Shown: positions 49,259 through 62,486, numbered from the stretch's first letter. The stretch: DNA of 64,000 nucleotides from Bacteroidales bacterium (GCA_963675215.1 OY775914.1:3489127-3553126); one strand, 5' to 3'. Notes: generated by a model not told the origin, from the sequence alone. Made by a program: numbers and translations.

Positions 49259-50329
49259 CTACGGTACGTAGATATTAAGAATATTTCTATAACCAGAAGT
49301 GGTATTAGCCCACCATTGTGTTGGATGCGAACCAAAGTCAACACCTCCACTTTCAGCCCATTCGGCAAAATGTAAATATGCCCAATTGATGTCTGATTTT
49401 TCAGTAGGATAAGCGAACACAGAATTATCAACAGTAGGTGTCATCACAGTACTTGGGATTTCCAATACCCATGGGAAATTCTTGTATGTCCTGTAATAAC
49501 TGGCACCAAATAATGATGCTGAGCTACCAGTAGTTGAATAATCATCATGTTGTCCAAAGAATGAAGGATCTGCCAAATCTGTAGGCGGATAATCAATTTT
49601 GTGAACCTCTCTATTTCTACCTTCGTTTTCATAGTCGATTATCATGAATGGATTAAAATTATTCATGTTAATTAAGAAATCGGCAGAATCAACATAGACC
49701 CCAGCTCGTGGAGTAATATTGATTGTGTATACTGCAGGTGCCACATGAGTAGTATGATATCCTTGAGTATTTGACCATAAAGGCATTTCTCTGGTAACAT
49801 CATCGGTTACAATAACTACAGGATAAGTTTGGCCATCTTCCCAGCCATCAGTAGTACTGATATAAGAACCACCCATTAAATCACTACCGCTGGCAACAAA
49901 CCCTGCTGTATCTAGCCCATATAATTGGAATCCTAAACCATTCTTGGTTCCAGCTCCGGCAGCTCTGACAATGAATGTACCAACAATTTCAGTAATATAA
50001 TTACTGGCATCCGTGGCCGTTCTGAATTGAAATTCCACAACTAAATCATTAAAATCATAATCGCCTTTTGCAGGCCATAAATCTTCAAATGCAAGTGTGC
50101 TATATCCAGATTCAGGATAATAATGATATCCACTGGCTTTAAGGGTATTGGCAGAATTCATATTCATTCGCCAATCAAAATCTGCAGGTACAACTAAGTC
50201 TTCGAAGTTTTTTAACTCCACAATCAGTTGATCTGGATCATCTACAATCTTATGAACATTTTTTTTACAAGCACTCAAAACTATCGCAAAAACAACTAAA
50301 AGATAAAGAAAAGGTTTGAGAGTTTTCAT
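49259..50329 (-). CDS. LruC domain (DUF4842) lipoprotein
   Basis: Lipobox LSAC; FEDLWPAKGDYDFNDLVV, NPFMI, EVH, PW, YPTE, FAEWAESGG. Confidence 0.88.
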   Translation of the reverse strand: MKTLKPFLYLLVVFAIVLSACKKNVHKIVDDPDQLIVELKNFEDLVVPADFDWRMNMNSANTLKASGYHYYPESGYSTLAFEDLWPAKGDYDFNDLVVEFQFRTATDASNYITEIVGTFIVRAAGAGTKNGLGFQLYGLDTAGFVASGSDLMGGSYISTTDGWEDGQTYPVVIVTDDVTREMPLWSNTQGYHTTHVAPAVYTINITPRAGVYVDSADFLINMNNFNPFMIIDYENEGRNREVHKIDYPPTDLADPSFFGQHDDYSTTGSSASLFGASYYRTYKNFPWVLEIPSTVMTPTVDNSVFAYPTEKSDINWAYLHFAEWAESGGVDFGSHPTQWWANTTSGYRNILNIYVP

Positions 50330-50456
50330 AAGTTTATTTAATTAATATTAATAACTATTCTAAATAATAACTGGTAAAAATAACACATATTTCGCTTTTT
50401 TGCAAACGTTTTCAACTATTTTTTACAACTATTCAGGTATTAGGTTACCTAAATAG

Positions 50457-52862
50457 TTATATATTAAGGTTTACTGAAACAATAAAATTTCTTCCCGGAG
50501 CACTAATTCCTGAAGAATATGGCCTATATCTGGTATTTGCAATGTTCTCAATTCCAAAATTGATCATTGCGGAATCAGATAGTTTATAGGACGACTTCAA
50601 ATTTAAAGTTAACCAAGATGGGCTATAAGGATTCCCGTTTATATCTTCGGCATATAAATATGCTTTTTCAGTTTCAGTCGGAGACATTTTTTCGTAGGGG
50701 ATTTCTCCATTATAAACCAAATTAAAATCGATTATAACTTCTGAAAATTCATAAACAAAACCTGCTAACCCGTAAATAGGTGGAATATGCCTTAAACTAT
50801 TTTCAAGCTCATCTTTCCCTTTAATATAGGAGTGCGTGGTATGAAACTTAAGTTGATCCGACAAGTCAATATCTAATCCCATACTTATTCCGTAAATATT
50901 GGCTTTTCCTGCATTAACAACCGCCTCTACCTGGCTCATCTCCCCATCATAAAGAATCGTTGACTGGCCATTAAACGTAAAATCCCGCCTTAGCATCGCA
51001 TCAGATAACCAGGTATAAAAAACTGAAACATTAAAATCAATTTCATCTTTAAGGCTAAAAATATATCCCAGATCCAGGTTTATTGCCTTTTCAGGTTTGA
51101 GGTTTTCATTAGGCACAACAACATTGCCTGGTGCCGAATCAAATACTTTAGCAATATCATCTAAGTTAGGTGCCCGAAAGCCACTTGATAAATTCAAATT
51201 AAACTGAGAAACTGAAGATGGTCGGTAAACCAATCCCAAGCTTCCATTCAATGCATTATTATCAACATTTATTTCGTCAAAAGGAAAATCAAAAAATGAT
51301 TTATCCAAAAAATGAGATTTCAACCCTACGCCATTATACCTAATACCTGTGCTAAATGTAAAATTATCGTTGAAATTCGATTTAAAACTTATATAGGCCG
51401 CATAAGAATAATAGGAAGTTCCATCATCAGGATACCTGGTTGAGGCATTACCTATCACTCCTGAATTGATATCTTTGGTCAGCGCTGTTGACTTTATATT
51501 ATTATACAGAGCCTCCAATCCATAAAATAAAGTATTTCTTTTATCAATATTTTTATCAAAATCAAGGTTAAATGAATAAACATCCACTGCCTCGTTTCGG
51601 GACGTTAATTCAGGGTCACCAAATTTTCGATTGTGTCTGCTTTCCTTAACTTTTTGATAAGCCATTGACACCTGATAATTATCGTATAATTTTACAGAAT
51701 CCCTAACTTTAATATTTAGTGATTGCATATGCCAAAATTGTGGACCATAATACCATTCACTATATTTTAACTGCCCTGATGAATATTGGGCTAATCGGTC
51801 ATATCTGGGAACGTCGGTAGTTGACGAAAGATGAAATGCATAGTTTATGTCAATTTTATTATTGGGCCTGTATCTAAATTTTTGTAAAATATTAATTTGA
51901 TCATAACCGGATTGTTTTTGGTTATTCACATTATTATTCGTAAAAATAACATCCTCATTATTTACCCTTTCGGCAAAGTGAGATCGGTCAAATTCCGGAT
52001 ATTTTCCCTTTCCCATCTTTAAATCTCCAAAGCTACTGAGCGTAATGGCACTGAATGATCCCCATTTCCCTCCCGAATGATTTAGGTCAAAATGGAATGT
52101 TTTTTCTGAATTAGCAGATGAAAATCTTGAAAAGATATTAATATCGTTAATTTCATTTTTAATGGGAGATAGCTGAACGGCTTTTGTATGAAAATCCATA
52201 ACTCCACCTAAGGCATCGCTGCCATAAATGATGGATCCCGGACCAAAAATCACTTCAACCGTTTCGAGCACCGTAGGATCCAACGCAATCACATTCTGTA
52301 AATTCCCACTTCTATAAATAGCGTTATTCATTCTTACGCCATCAACAACCAATAAAACCGAATTGGCAGAAAATCCCCTAATCATTGGGCTACCTCCCCC
52401 AAGCTGGCTTTTCTGAACAAAAACTTCATTTGAGACCGAGAGAACATCTGCAGCTGTTTGAGGATTATTTACCCGAATCTTCTCTTTATCAATGGTGATA
52501 ATTTTATTTGGGACTTCATTTTTATTTTGTTCCCATTTACTAGCAGAAACTACAATTTCATCCAAATCGAATGACTTAAAAATAAGCTTCACGTTAAATT
52601 TTAAATTTACAATTTCCGCATAAGGCATCAAGCGATCTTGAAAAGATGCATGCTGAAATAAGAGGATATCGATGCTCTTAAATTTACTCAGATCAAACTC
52701 CCCATCTATATTGGTAACAGCAGATCTGGACTCATCCAGTGAGTAAACTACGGCTCCTACAATCGGCTGTTGTGTTTGTGAATCAACAACCGTAACAGTT
52801 TGCGCATTGGCAAATAAACCAAAAAATACAAAACATAATGGCAATAAAAATCGGGGATACAT
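50457..52862 (-). CDS. TonB-dependent receptor
   Basis: Signal peptide, LDEIVVSA, QKSQLGGGSPMIRG, YGSDALGG, GFRAPN, NLKPE, APGRNF. Confidence 0.93.
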   Translation of the reverse strand: MYPRFLLPLCFVFFGLFANAQTVTVVDSQTQQPIVGAVVYSLDESRSAVTNIDGEFDLSKFKSIDILLFQHASFQDRLMPYAEIVNLKFNVKLIFKSFDLDEIVVSASKWEQNKNEVPNKIITIDKEKIRVNNPQTAADVLSVSNEVFVQKSQLGGGSPMIRGFSANSVLLVVDGVRMNNAIYRSGNLQNVIALDPTVLETVEVIFGPGSIIYGSDALGGVMDFHTKAVQLSPIKNEINDINIFSRFSSANSEKTFHFDLNHSGGKWGSFSAITLSSFGDLKMGKGKYPEFDRSHFAERVNNEDVIFTNNNVNNQKQSGYDQINILQKFRYRPNNKIDINYAFHLSSTTDVPRYDRLAQYSSGQLKYSEWYYGPQFWHMQSLNIKVRDSVKLYDNYQVSMAYQKVKESRHNRKFGDPELTSRNEAVDVYSFNLDFDKNIDKRNTLFYGLEALYNNIKSTALTKDINSGVIGNASTRYPDDGTSYYSYAAYISFKSNFNDNFTFSTGIRYNGVGLKSHFLDKSFFDFPFDEINVDNNALNGSLGLVYRPSSVSQFNLNLSSGFRAPNLDDIAKVFDSAPGNVVVPNENLKPEKAINLDLGYIFSLKDEIDFNVSVFYTWLSDAMLRRDFTFNGQSTILYDGEMSQVEAVVNAGKANIYGISMGLDIDLSDQLKFHTTHSYIKGKDELENSLRHIPPIYGLAGFVYEFSEVIIDFNLVYNGEIPYEKMSPTETEKAYLYAEDINGNPYSPSWLTLNLKSSYKLSDSAMINFGIENIANTRYRPYSSGISAPGRNFIVSVNLNI

Positions 52863-52948
52863 GGCAGGGTATAATTTAAAGTTAAAGAAAAGTTTTAAAT
52901 ATTGGTGTAAACAAGCAAAAACCCTGCCATTTACTGTTTATTTTACAC

Positions 52949-52983
52949 AAAAAAGGCCATTACTAAACGCAATGGCCCTTTTT
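52949..52983 (-). terminator. Intrinsic terminator after yidC
   Basis: AAAAAAGGCCATT...AATGGCCCTTTTT. Confidence 0.7.
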
Positions 52984-52994
52984 GATTTTTATAA

Positions 52995-54950
52995 TTATTT
53001 TTTCTTTGGGGCATTGTAGCCACGCTTCTTGGCAGCTTCTTCCAATCGCTTTTGAAAATTAGATTTTTTTGTCGGTTTTTTCTTATTAAGCTCAATCTGC
53101 TTTAGAATTTTCTTCTCATCGATGGTAGCTCTAATTACATACATCTGACCAAATGTAATAATATTTGCCAGGAAGTAATAATAACTTAAACCTGCAGCAT
53201 AATTATTGAACATTCCTAAGAACATAAGAGGCATTAAATACATCATGGTTTTCATGCCGGGCATTTGCTGACTACCGGATGCCATCATTTGGTTATTCAT
53301 CTTTGTGTATATAATTGTTGAAACAGTCATTAACAAAGTAAACAAACTAACATGATCACCATAAAACGGAATTTCAAATCCGTTAGGGAATGTCCATATT
53401 GAATCATAAGATGACAAGTCTGTAGCCCATAAAAAAGATTGTTGGCGCAACTCAATTGATGATGGAAAAAAGCGAAACATTGCAAATAAAATTGGCATTT
53501 GCATTAACATCGGAACACAACCCGCCATGGGGTTAACCCCTGCTTTTTTATAGAGTGCCATGGTTGCCTGTTGCTTTTTCATGGCATCTTCTTTCTTAGG
53601 AAACTTTGCCCCAATCTCGTCAATCTCAGGTTTTAAAACCCTCATTTTTGCAGTTGACTTATATGTTTTATAAGCAATTGGGAAAAGAACCAGTTTTAAT
53701 AGGATGGTTAAGATTAGTATGATAATCCCATAATTCCACCCAAAACTCCCTAAGAAATTAAACACAGGAATGACTGCATAAATATTTATCCAGGCCAAGG
53801 GCAGAAAACTCCAACCCAATGGGATTTGTCGCTCTAGTCCTAAATGAAATTTACGTAGGGTACTGTATTTATTTGGCCCAAAATAAAACTTCATCGGAAA
53901 ACTCTGATCTCCCCCAAAAGTATAAGGGATGCCAATCGTTGATTTCATCGACTTTAAATACCTGGGGCTATCAACAGAATCGGGATTGGTAAATCCACTC
54001 ACCTCAGCATTTAAGAAAGAGTCTTCTGCAATAAGTGATGTTGAAAAAAACCTTTGTTTGTAGGAAATCCACTTCACTCTTGCTTTCAGCACCTCATTAT
54101 CATCTTTTGTTTCAGAGAGATAATCAACATCATCGTTAGCGTATTTATAGAAAACAGTTGGCCCATTCCATCTATCAATACTTTTCTCCTGTCTAAGAAT
54201 TTCCGTTTCCCATTCAAGGTTAAAATAATTGGCATTTGTGGCAAGTACATCCTTTAATCCTATGAAATTGATTTTATAATCAACCATATACTTATTACCT
54301 ATAATTGAATATTGAAATTCAATATACTGATCGGGATTATAGGCACCATCTCCATTATCGACATAAAGTCGCATACCAAAGCTCAATGATTGGTCACCTT
54401 CGACCTTGATAACATCCTGCCCAGAATAATCTATATTTGACCAAACTGTTTGAAAATAAAAATCTTGGGTGTTTAACAAATGATTATCAACAAAAAAGGA
54501 TAATCCAAATTTATTAGCTTCTGAATCAAATAAAATTAATGGTAGAGAATCATGGGTTTGAAACCCTTTTAATTCGGTCGATAAAATCCGAGCACCTTTA
54601 TTCGTAAATTCAAGCTTAAAAAATTCATTTTCAACCATAAACACATCTTCTTCGCCTACAGATGAATTAGCAAATACGCTGTATTTTGACCGATCAAGGC
54701 TTGTTGTTAATGCTGTGTTTTCAGTGCTATTTACAGGTGTTGTTTCAGAACTAAGCGATTTAGAAGACAGTGCCAACCTGGCCTGATTAATCGAATCCTG
54801 ACGCAAATAATTCACCCTGTTTACAGCTGCGATTGAATCACTAACACGTTGTTGTTCTCTTTGTTCTTCCTTGGATGGAGTGAGCCAAAGGCTCCAGACA
54901 ATAAAAATTGTACCGATTAGTAAGACTCCAATAATATTATTTTTATTCAT
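52995..54950 (-). CDS. yidC: Membrane protein insertase YidC
   Basis: YFGPN, NYGIIILILT, GVNPMAGCVP, FLWATDLS, GLSYYY. Confidence 0.96.
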   Translation of the reverse strand: MNKNNIIGVLLIGTIFIVWSLWLTPSKEEQREQQRVSDSIAAVNRVNYLRQDSINQARLALSSKSLSSETTPVNSTENTALTTSLDRSKYSVFANSSVGEEDVFMVENEFFKLEFTNKGARILSTELKGFQTHDSLPLILFDSEANKFGLSFFVDNHLLNTQDFYFQTVWSNIDYSGQDVIKVEGDQSLSFGMRLYVDNGDGAYNPDQYIEFQYSIIGNKYMVDYKINFIGLKDVLATNANYFNLEWETEILRQEKSIDRWNGPTVFYKYANDDVDYLSETKDDNEVLKARVKWISYKQRFFSTSLIAEDSFLNAEVSGFTNPDSVDSPRYLKSMKSTIGIPYTFGGDQSFPMKFYFGPNKYSTLRKFHLGLERQIPLGWSFLPLAWINIYAVIPVFNFLGSFGWNYGIIILILTILLKLVLFPIAYKTYKSTAKMRVLKPEIDEIGAKFPKKEDAMKKQQATMALYKKAGVNPMAGCVPMLMQMPILFAMFRFFPSSIELRQQSFLWATDLSSYDSIWTFPNGFEIPFYGDHVSLFTLLMTVSTIIYTKMNNQMMASGSQQMPGMKTMMYLMPLMFLGMFNNYAAGLSYYYFLANIITFGQMYVIRATIDEKKILKQIELNKKKPTKKSNFQKRLEEAAKKRGYNAPKKK

Positions 54951-55034
54951 TTAGTTTGAGTTTGGATGAGCAAATGCTCCTAAACGTAATTTTTAGTATA
55001 TCAAGAACTATTCCTATATATTTTATGTAGCACT

Positions 55035-56672
<1,638 letters not shown>

Positions 56673-56727
56673 TTAGTTTATTTCATAAAACAAAAATTAC
56701 CCCTTGGGGCATTTAATTTGCAAAATT

Positions 56728-56770
56728 AAAAAAAATACAGGGCCTTTTGCATGAAAGACCCTGTATTTTT
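56728..56770 (-). terminator. Intrinsic terminator after gap
   Basis: AAAAATACAGGG...CCCTGTATTTTT. Confidence 0.8.
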
Positions 56771-56781
56771 AATTATATCTG

Positions 56782-58242
56782 CTAGTAATATCGATAACTC
56801 TTAACTTTCGCGATGTGTTTTGCCAATCTAATTACCTGAATGGTGTATCCAAATTCATTATCATACCAAAGGTAAACTACCGCATTTTTGCCATCTTTTG
56901 AGACCTTAGTGGCAGGGCTATCGAAAATACAGGCGGCAGAGTCACCAATGAAATCAGATGATACAGCCTCTTCGGAGCTTGAATATCGAATTTGCTCAAC
57001 CATTGTTCCTTTTAATGAAGCATTTAAAATAAGATCATTTAAAGCTTGCCTTGTGGTTGCCTTTTTTAAAGTTAATGATAGGATAACCAATGACACATTA
57101 GGTGTGGGAACCCGAATGGCATTCCCTGTTAATTTACCTTCTAAACTTGGAATTACTTTCACTGCAGCCGATGCCGCTCCCGTATCTGTTATTACCATAT
57201 TTGTAGGTGCTGACCTACCTCTTCGGTTTTTGGGATGAAAATTATCAAGTAAGTTTTGATCGTTGGTATAAGAATGAATAGTTTCTAGGTGTCCTCTTTC
57301 AATTCCTAAAAACTCTTCAATAACCTTAAGAGCCGGTACAGCTGCATTTGTAGTACATGAGGCAGCCGACCAAATTTTATAGTCATCCGGATTATGCTCG
57401 CGATGGTTGGCTCCGTAAACAATATTTGGGATATCTCCTTTGCCCGGTGCAGTGAGTAAAACCTTCGCAATCCCTTTGGCTTTCAAATGCCTGGATAAGC
57501 CTTCATAATCTCGCAAATTACCGGTATTATCAATTAAAAGTGCATTTTCAATTCCGTATTCAGAATAATCAATATCTTCTGGTTGGTTGGCCTCCAACAT
57601 TTTAATGGTATGGCCATTGGCATAGATGGTATTATCATCAACATTTTCAATTACAACTCCTCTGAATGGGCCATGAATTGAGTCATGACGAAATAATGAG
57701 GCCCTTTTCTGGAGTGCTTCACCAGTATTTTTTCTGGCAACAATAGCCCTAACTCTTAATCGTGAACCATTACCTTGAATTATTAACTCTCGTGCGACCA
57801 ATCGGCCAATCCTACCAAAACCATAAAGAACAACATCAACAGGCTTATCGTAAGTTGGTTTCTTCCCAATTAATCCCGATAATTTATCATTGATAAAATC
57901 ATCAATGCTTTTATATTTTTTTCTCTCTTCAGTCCATTCAAAATTTAAGCGACCTATGTCAATTCTTGCATTAACGATGTCTGCATTCATGATTGCATTT
58001 GCCAAATCAAGAGAATCTTGAACCAATAAATTCTTTTTAACAATTCGGATTGAATGCGAATGTTTGTGTAAGACTTTACTCGCTGTTCTATCCAATAATT
58101 GACTCCGTAGTAAAATTAATTCAACGGATTTATCATAAAATAATTGACTAAGAATGGCTATAAATTTATTTGCAATTTTCTCATCCTGGACCCAATTAGT
58201 TAATGAATTTTCAAAAATTTTGTTATCTGCTTGCTGGTTCAT
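56782..58242 (-). CDS. gap: Glyceraldehyde-3-phosphate dehydrogenase, long N-terminally extended type
   Basis: YGFGRIGR, SAASCTTNA, HSYTNDQ, RVPTPNVS, WYDNEFGY. Confidence 0.95.
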   Translation of the reverse strand: MNQQADNKIFENSLTNWVQDEKIANKFIAILSQLFYDKSVELILLRSQLLDRTASKVLHKHSHSIRIVKKNLLVQDSLDLANAIMNADIVNARIDIGRLNFEWTEERKKYKSIDDFINDKLSGLIGKKPTYDKPVDVVLYGFGRIGRLVARELIIQGNGSRLRVRAIVARKNTGEALQKRASLFRHDSIHGPFRGVVIENVDDNTIYANGHTIKMLEANQPEDIDYSEYGIENALLIDNTGNLRDYEGLSRHLKAKGIAKVLLTAPGKGDIPNIVYGANHREHNPDDYKIWSAASCTTNAAVPALKVIEEFLGIERGHLETIHSYTNDQNLLDNFHPKNRRGRSAPTNMVITDTGAASAAVKVIPSLEGKLTGNAIRVPTPNVSLVILSLTLKKATTRQALNDLILNASLKGTMVEQIRYSSSEEAVSSDFIGDSAACIFDSPATKVSKDGKNAVVYLWYDNEFGYTIQVIRLAKHIAKVKSYRYY

Positions 58243-58308
58243 GATTAGTTTGATTTTTAGGTTAATGATTGATCTGAGATATAATTAAACATGCTTTTAA
58301 AAATACAT

Positions 58309-58347
58309 AAAAAAAGGATTACTGATAAAATTATTTATCAGTAATCC
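58309..58347 (-). terminator. Intrinsic terminator after rpoD
   Basis: A run followed by GGATTACTGATAAA...TTTATCAGTAATCC. Confidence 0.82.
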
Positions 58348-58373
58348 GCTGTTAATAAGTTCAAGAAAGTGGT

Positions 58374-59240
58374 TTATTCTCCTAAATATACTTTTAGTAA
58401 TTTGCTTCGAGAATTGTGCTTTAATCGACGGATCGCTTTCTCTTTAATCTGACGCACTCTTTCTCTGGTTAGATCGAATTTTGCACCAATTTCTTCTAAA
58501 GTATATTCGTGGTTTGTGCCAATTCCGAAATACAAATTAATTACATCTCTTTCCTTCTCTGTTAGAGTTGCTAATGATCGTTGAATTTCCCTACCTAAAG
58601 ACTCTTTCATGAGAATTGAATCGGTAGGCATGGTATCTTCAGGCATAAAAACATCCAAAAACTTTAAATCATCTTCTGCCGTTAATGGGGCATCCATTGA
58701 TACATATTTTGTAGAAATTTTTAATGCTGCATCAATCTTATGCTCCGGAAGCTCAAGTGATTCGGCAATTTCATCTGCAGAAGGTGGCCGTTGCAATTCT
58801 TGTTCGAGCCTTGATGAAACTTTTTTAATTTTATTTAAAGATCCAACCTGATTTAAAGGTAACCGAACAATTCTTGATTGTTCTGCCAGCGCCTGTAAAA
58901 TCGACTGTCGAATCCACCAAACTGCATAGGATATAAATTTAAAACCTCTTGTTTCGTCAAATCGTTTGGCTGCTTTTATTAATCCTAAATTACCTTCATT
59001 TATACAATCAGGTAAACTTAATCCCTGGTTTTGATACTGTTTTGCAACAGATACAACAAATCGTAAATTAGCCTTTGTAAGTTTCTCAAGTGCAATCTGA
59101 TCGCCAGCCTTTATTCGCTGAGCCAGAATCACCTCTTCTTCTGCAGTAATTAGTTCTTCTTTGCCTATATCCTGTAAATATTTATCTAGAGAAGCAGTTT
59201 CCCTATTGGTAATCGACTTAGTTATTTTTAATTGCCTCAT
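58374..59240 (-). CDS. rpoD: Primary sigma factor (short Bacteroidota type lacking region 1.1)
   Basis: [46 protein letters not shown]; TATATTTG on the minus strand at 59306-59313. Confidence 0.95.
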   Translation of the reverse strand: MRQLKITKSITNRETASLDKYLQDIGKEELITAEEEVILAQRIKAGDQIALEKLTKANLRFVVSVAKQYQNQGLSLPDCINEGNLGLIKAAKRFDETRGFKFISYAVWWIRQSILQALAEQSRIVRLPLNQVGSLNKIKKVSSRLEQELQRPPSADEIAESLELPEHKIDAALKISTKYVSMDAPLTAEDDLKFLDVFMPEDTMPTDSILMKESLGREIQRSLATLTEKERDVINLYFGIGTNHEYTLEEIGAKFDLTRERVRQIKEKAIRRLKHNSRSKLLKVYLGE

Positions 59241-59394
59241 GTTTTCTTTTTAATTTCAAATTCTCCTATTAATCAGCAACTTATTTTGGGCTTTACTGAC
59301 CTAAACAAATATAACCAGAAATAAGGACTTTTGAAAATTTTAAATCAATTATTTTCAACAAAATACGATTCTATTTAAAATAATTCCAAATAAT

Positions 59395-60852
59395 TTAATT
59401 GGTAAATCCATATATGATGCGCATTCCATCAGGATAGATACCTTCAATTCTATATTCATCATTGTTAGCTACAGAAATTGCAGATTCAATATCCAGTTTA
59501 GAGTTAATTACATAATTATTAATTTTCAAAATTATGAATCCTTCTCTTATACCTATATCTTTCAATATTCCACTTTCAAGCCGGGTTAATACAAGGCCGT
59601 TTTGAATCTTAAGCCTGCTTTTCATCTCAGCTGTTGGTTGTTGAAAATACGCTCCGAACGCCTCTATTTTAAAAACATCATCAGAGCTCACTACTCCAAG
59701 TGCTCCATTTGCATTCTGCAAAACAACTGAGAATATCTTCGCCTTGTTTTTCCTTAATACCTTAACATCAATTTTGTCGCCGGGGTGATGCTGACCAATA
59801 TTTTCAAGCAGCTCGGAAGTACTGTGAATCTGCACATTATCAATCTGAACAATGATGTCTCCTTCCATGATTCCTGCCTTGTCAGCTCCTCCATTTTTTG
59901 TAACCGACCCAATATAAACTCCCTGCAAGGTTTCTATGCCTTCCTTTTCTGCCATTTCAGCATCAATTTCAGCTATTGTTATTCCAATAAATGCTCGTTG
60001 TATCTCCCCATAATTGAGTAAATCGTCCATTACTTTTTTTACAATATTTACCGGAATGGCAAAAGAGTAACCTTCATAATTTCCACTTCTTGAGGCAATA
60101 GCTGCATTTATTCCAACAAGTTGACCATCCGTATTTACAAGTGCCCCACCGCTATTTCCACGATTAACTGCTGCATCGGTTTGAATAAAAGATTCAATGG
60201 TATTGTTTCCCAGAATATTAATATTTCTTGCCTTGGCACTTACGATACCAGCCGTTACTGTTGAAGTTAAATTAAATGGATTTCCAACTGCCAATACCCA
60301 CTCTCCTATCTGAACCTTGTCTGAATTTCCATAACTTAAGTATGGCAAAGCTTTTGCGTCAATTTTTATCAATGCAAGATCAGTGGAAGGATCTCTGCCA
60401 ATTAATTCAGCCTCGTACAGCCTTTTATCATTCAAGGTTACCTCTATTTTTGATCCACCTTCAACCACATGATTATTGGTAACGATGTATCCATCTTCTG
60501 AAATAATAACCCCCGATCCAAATCCTACCATAGGCGCTGGACTATTCTGCCTTTGTCTTCCTTCTAAAAGCTCACGTAATGATCCGAAAAAATCATCGTA
60601 ATTTGCACTTTTACGCTGAAATTGTGTTCTTATATGAACAACTGCGTGAACAGAACGCTCAGCTGCGACCCTAAAATCAGGGCCTGTTACTGCATCAGCA
60701 GCATTAAATAATGTTTGCGTTACCGGTAAATGATCAGGCTGAATATTTTGACGTTGACTGGTTTCATTAACTTTAAAAACTGATACTGCAATTACCACCG
60801 CTACAAAAGCACTTATAAATGCAACCAATGTAAATCCTAAATATTTTTTCAT
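59395..60852 (-). CDS. degP: Do/HtrA-family serine protease with two PDZ domains
   Basis: GSGV, TNNHV, DLAL, QTDAAVNRGNSGGAL. Confidence 0.92.
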   Translation of the reverse strand: MKKYLGFTLVAFISAFVAVVIAVSVFKVNETSQRQNIQPDHLPVTQTLFNAADAVTGPDFRVAAERSVHAVVHIRTQFQRKSANYDDFFGSLRELLEGRQRQNSPAPMVGFGSGVIISEDGYIVTNNHVVEGGSKIEVTLNDKRLYEAELIGRDPSTDLALIKIDAKALPYLSYGNSDKVQIGEWVLAVGNPFNLTSTVTAGIVSAKARNINILGNNTIESFIQTDAAVNRGNSGGALVNTDGQLVGINAAIASRSGNYEGYSFAIPVNIVKKVMDDLLNYGEIQRAFIGITIAEIDAEMAEKEGIETLQGVYIGSVTKNGGADKAGIMEGDIIVQIDNVQIHSTSELLENIGQHHPGDKIDVKVLRKNKAKIFSVVLQNANGALGVVSSDDVFKIEAFGAYFQQPTAEMKSRLKIQNGLVLTRLESGILKDIGIREGFIILKINNYVINSKLDIESAISVANNDEYRIEGIYPDGMRIIYGFTN

Positions 60853-61150
60853 CTGTTACTAATTATAAAATGAGTGAATAAATTTTATTTTCATATCTGT
60901 AATTTCAGATATAACTTCTTACCTTTATCAAAAAACGTTCCTGAATAACTTAAAGTATTCTTTCCTCTGTTAAAAATTGTTAATACGATTTATTCAGAGC
61001 TATTTATAATAATTGTTTTATGTTTATCTTTGTTACTATTGAGAAGGCCGGTGTTTTGCACTGAATTCTTTAACCTTTAAATGATTTTTGAAATTAATCA
61101 TGACACTATTGATAAATTCAGACCTTAAAACATGACATTATTGCATTAAT

Positions 61151-61939
61151 ATGACGCTAACATTCTATAAATATCAAGGAACAGGGAATGATTTCATCAT
61201 CATTGACGGCAGGAATACCGATCATGAACCTAGCAATTTGGTCATCAAAAAACTTTGTGACCGCAAGTTTGGTATCGGAGCAGATGGATTAATGCTACTA
61301 AAAAATCAAGAAGGCTATGATTTCTCAATGACTTATTTCAATGCTGACGGAAATGAAGGAAGTATGTGTGGCAACGGAGGCAGATGTATACTTGCATTTG
61401 CACAATATGTTGGGATTGGTAAAAACAAATTGAAATTTATTGCTGTTGATGGACCTCATGAAGGAGAAATCATCAACAAGAGTAAAGAAGTTGCTATGGT
61501 TCGATTAAAAATGACTGATGTTTCTGAATTTAGCACACATTCAGATCATTACATACTTGAAACAGGTTCTCCTCATTATGTTGAATTTGCAGAAAATCTT
61601 AGCGCGAAGAATGTTTATTTTGATGGTAAAGCAATCAGGAATAATGATCAATTCAGGGAAAAAGGAATTAATGTAAATTTTATTGAAGAGTCGCAAAATA
61701 AATTATTTGTTAGAACTTTCGAAAGAGGTGTAGAAAATGAAACACTATCTTGTGGGACAGGAGTTACAGCCTCAGCTATTGCTTTTGCACTAAAGAATAA
61801 TCTCAAAAAAGAAAGCATTCAAATCCAAACATTAGGCGGAAATTTAAAAGTCAATTTTGAAAAAACTGATAATATTTTTAAAAATGTATGGTTGGAAGGG
61901 CCTGCTACTTTTGTATTTAAAGGAGAAATCGCAGTTTAA
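61151..61939 (+). CDS. dapF: Diaminopimelate epimerase
   Basis: KYQGTGNDF, GIGADG, MCGNGGRC, GSPH, ERGVENETLSCGTG. Confidence 0.97.
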   Translation: MTLTFYKYQGTGNDFIIIDGRNTDHEPSNLVIKKLCDRKFGIGADGLMLLKNQEGYDFSMTYFNADGNEGSMCGNGGRCILAFAQYVGIGKNKLKFIAVDGPHEGEIINKSKEVAMVRLKMTDVSEFSTHSDHYILETGSPHYVEFAENLSAKNVYFDGKAIRNNDQFREKGINVNFIEESQNKLFVRTFERGVENETLSCGTGVTASAIAFALKNNLKKESIQIQTLGGNLKVNFEKTDNIFKNVWLEGPATFVFKGEIAV

Positions 61940-62469
61940 TGATACTAAGCAAAGAAAATATAAGCTTTCGGGCAGTGGAACTTAGCGATGTTGGGATCTT
62001 ATTGAAATGGGAAAACAATATTGAAACCTGGCATCTCAGCAATACGCTTATCCCCTTCTCCCGTTTCGACATAGAACAATATGTTATGAATGCCGGTAAG
62101 GATATTTTCGCGATAAAACAATTAAGGCTGATAATTGACCTAAAAGAATCTGATCAAAATATTAGCATTGGTTGTATCGACCTTTTTGATTTTGAACCAA
62201 AACATCAAAGAGCTGGTGTTGGAATATTGATTGATGACGCTTTCAGAAAAAAAGGATTTGCATCCATTTCGCTAGACTTAATGATTGAATATGCTTTTAA
62301 CATTTTAAATTTACATCAACTTTACTGTAATATCGAAACGGACAATAAAATCAGTTTATCTCTTTTCCAAAATAAGGGATTTGAAATAGCTGGCTTGAAA
62401 AAAGACTGGAACTACAAAACCGACAAATGGATTGGAGAGTACTTACTACAAAAAATCAATAACAAATAA
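61939..62469 (+). CDS. GNAT N-acetyltransferase (RimJ/SpeG-like)
   Basis: IGCIDLFDF, RKKGFA, LNLHQLYCNI, GFEIAG. Confidence 0.88.
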   Translation: MILSKENISFRAVELSDVGILLKWENNIETWHLSNTLIPFSRFDIEQYVMNAGKDIFAIKQLRLIIDLKESDQNISIGCIDLFDFEPKHQRAGVGILIDDAFRKKGFASISLDLMIEYAFNILNLHQLYCNIETDNKISLSLFQNKGFEIAGLKKDWNYKTDKWIGEYLLQKINNK

Positions 62470-62486
62470 ATATCTGATAAGAAATT

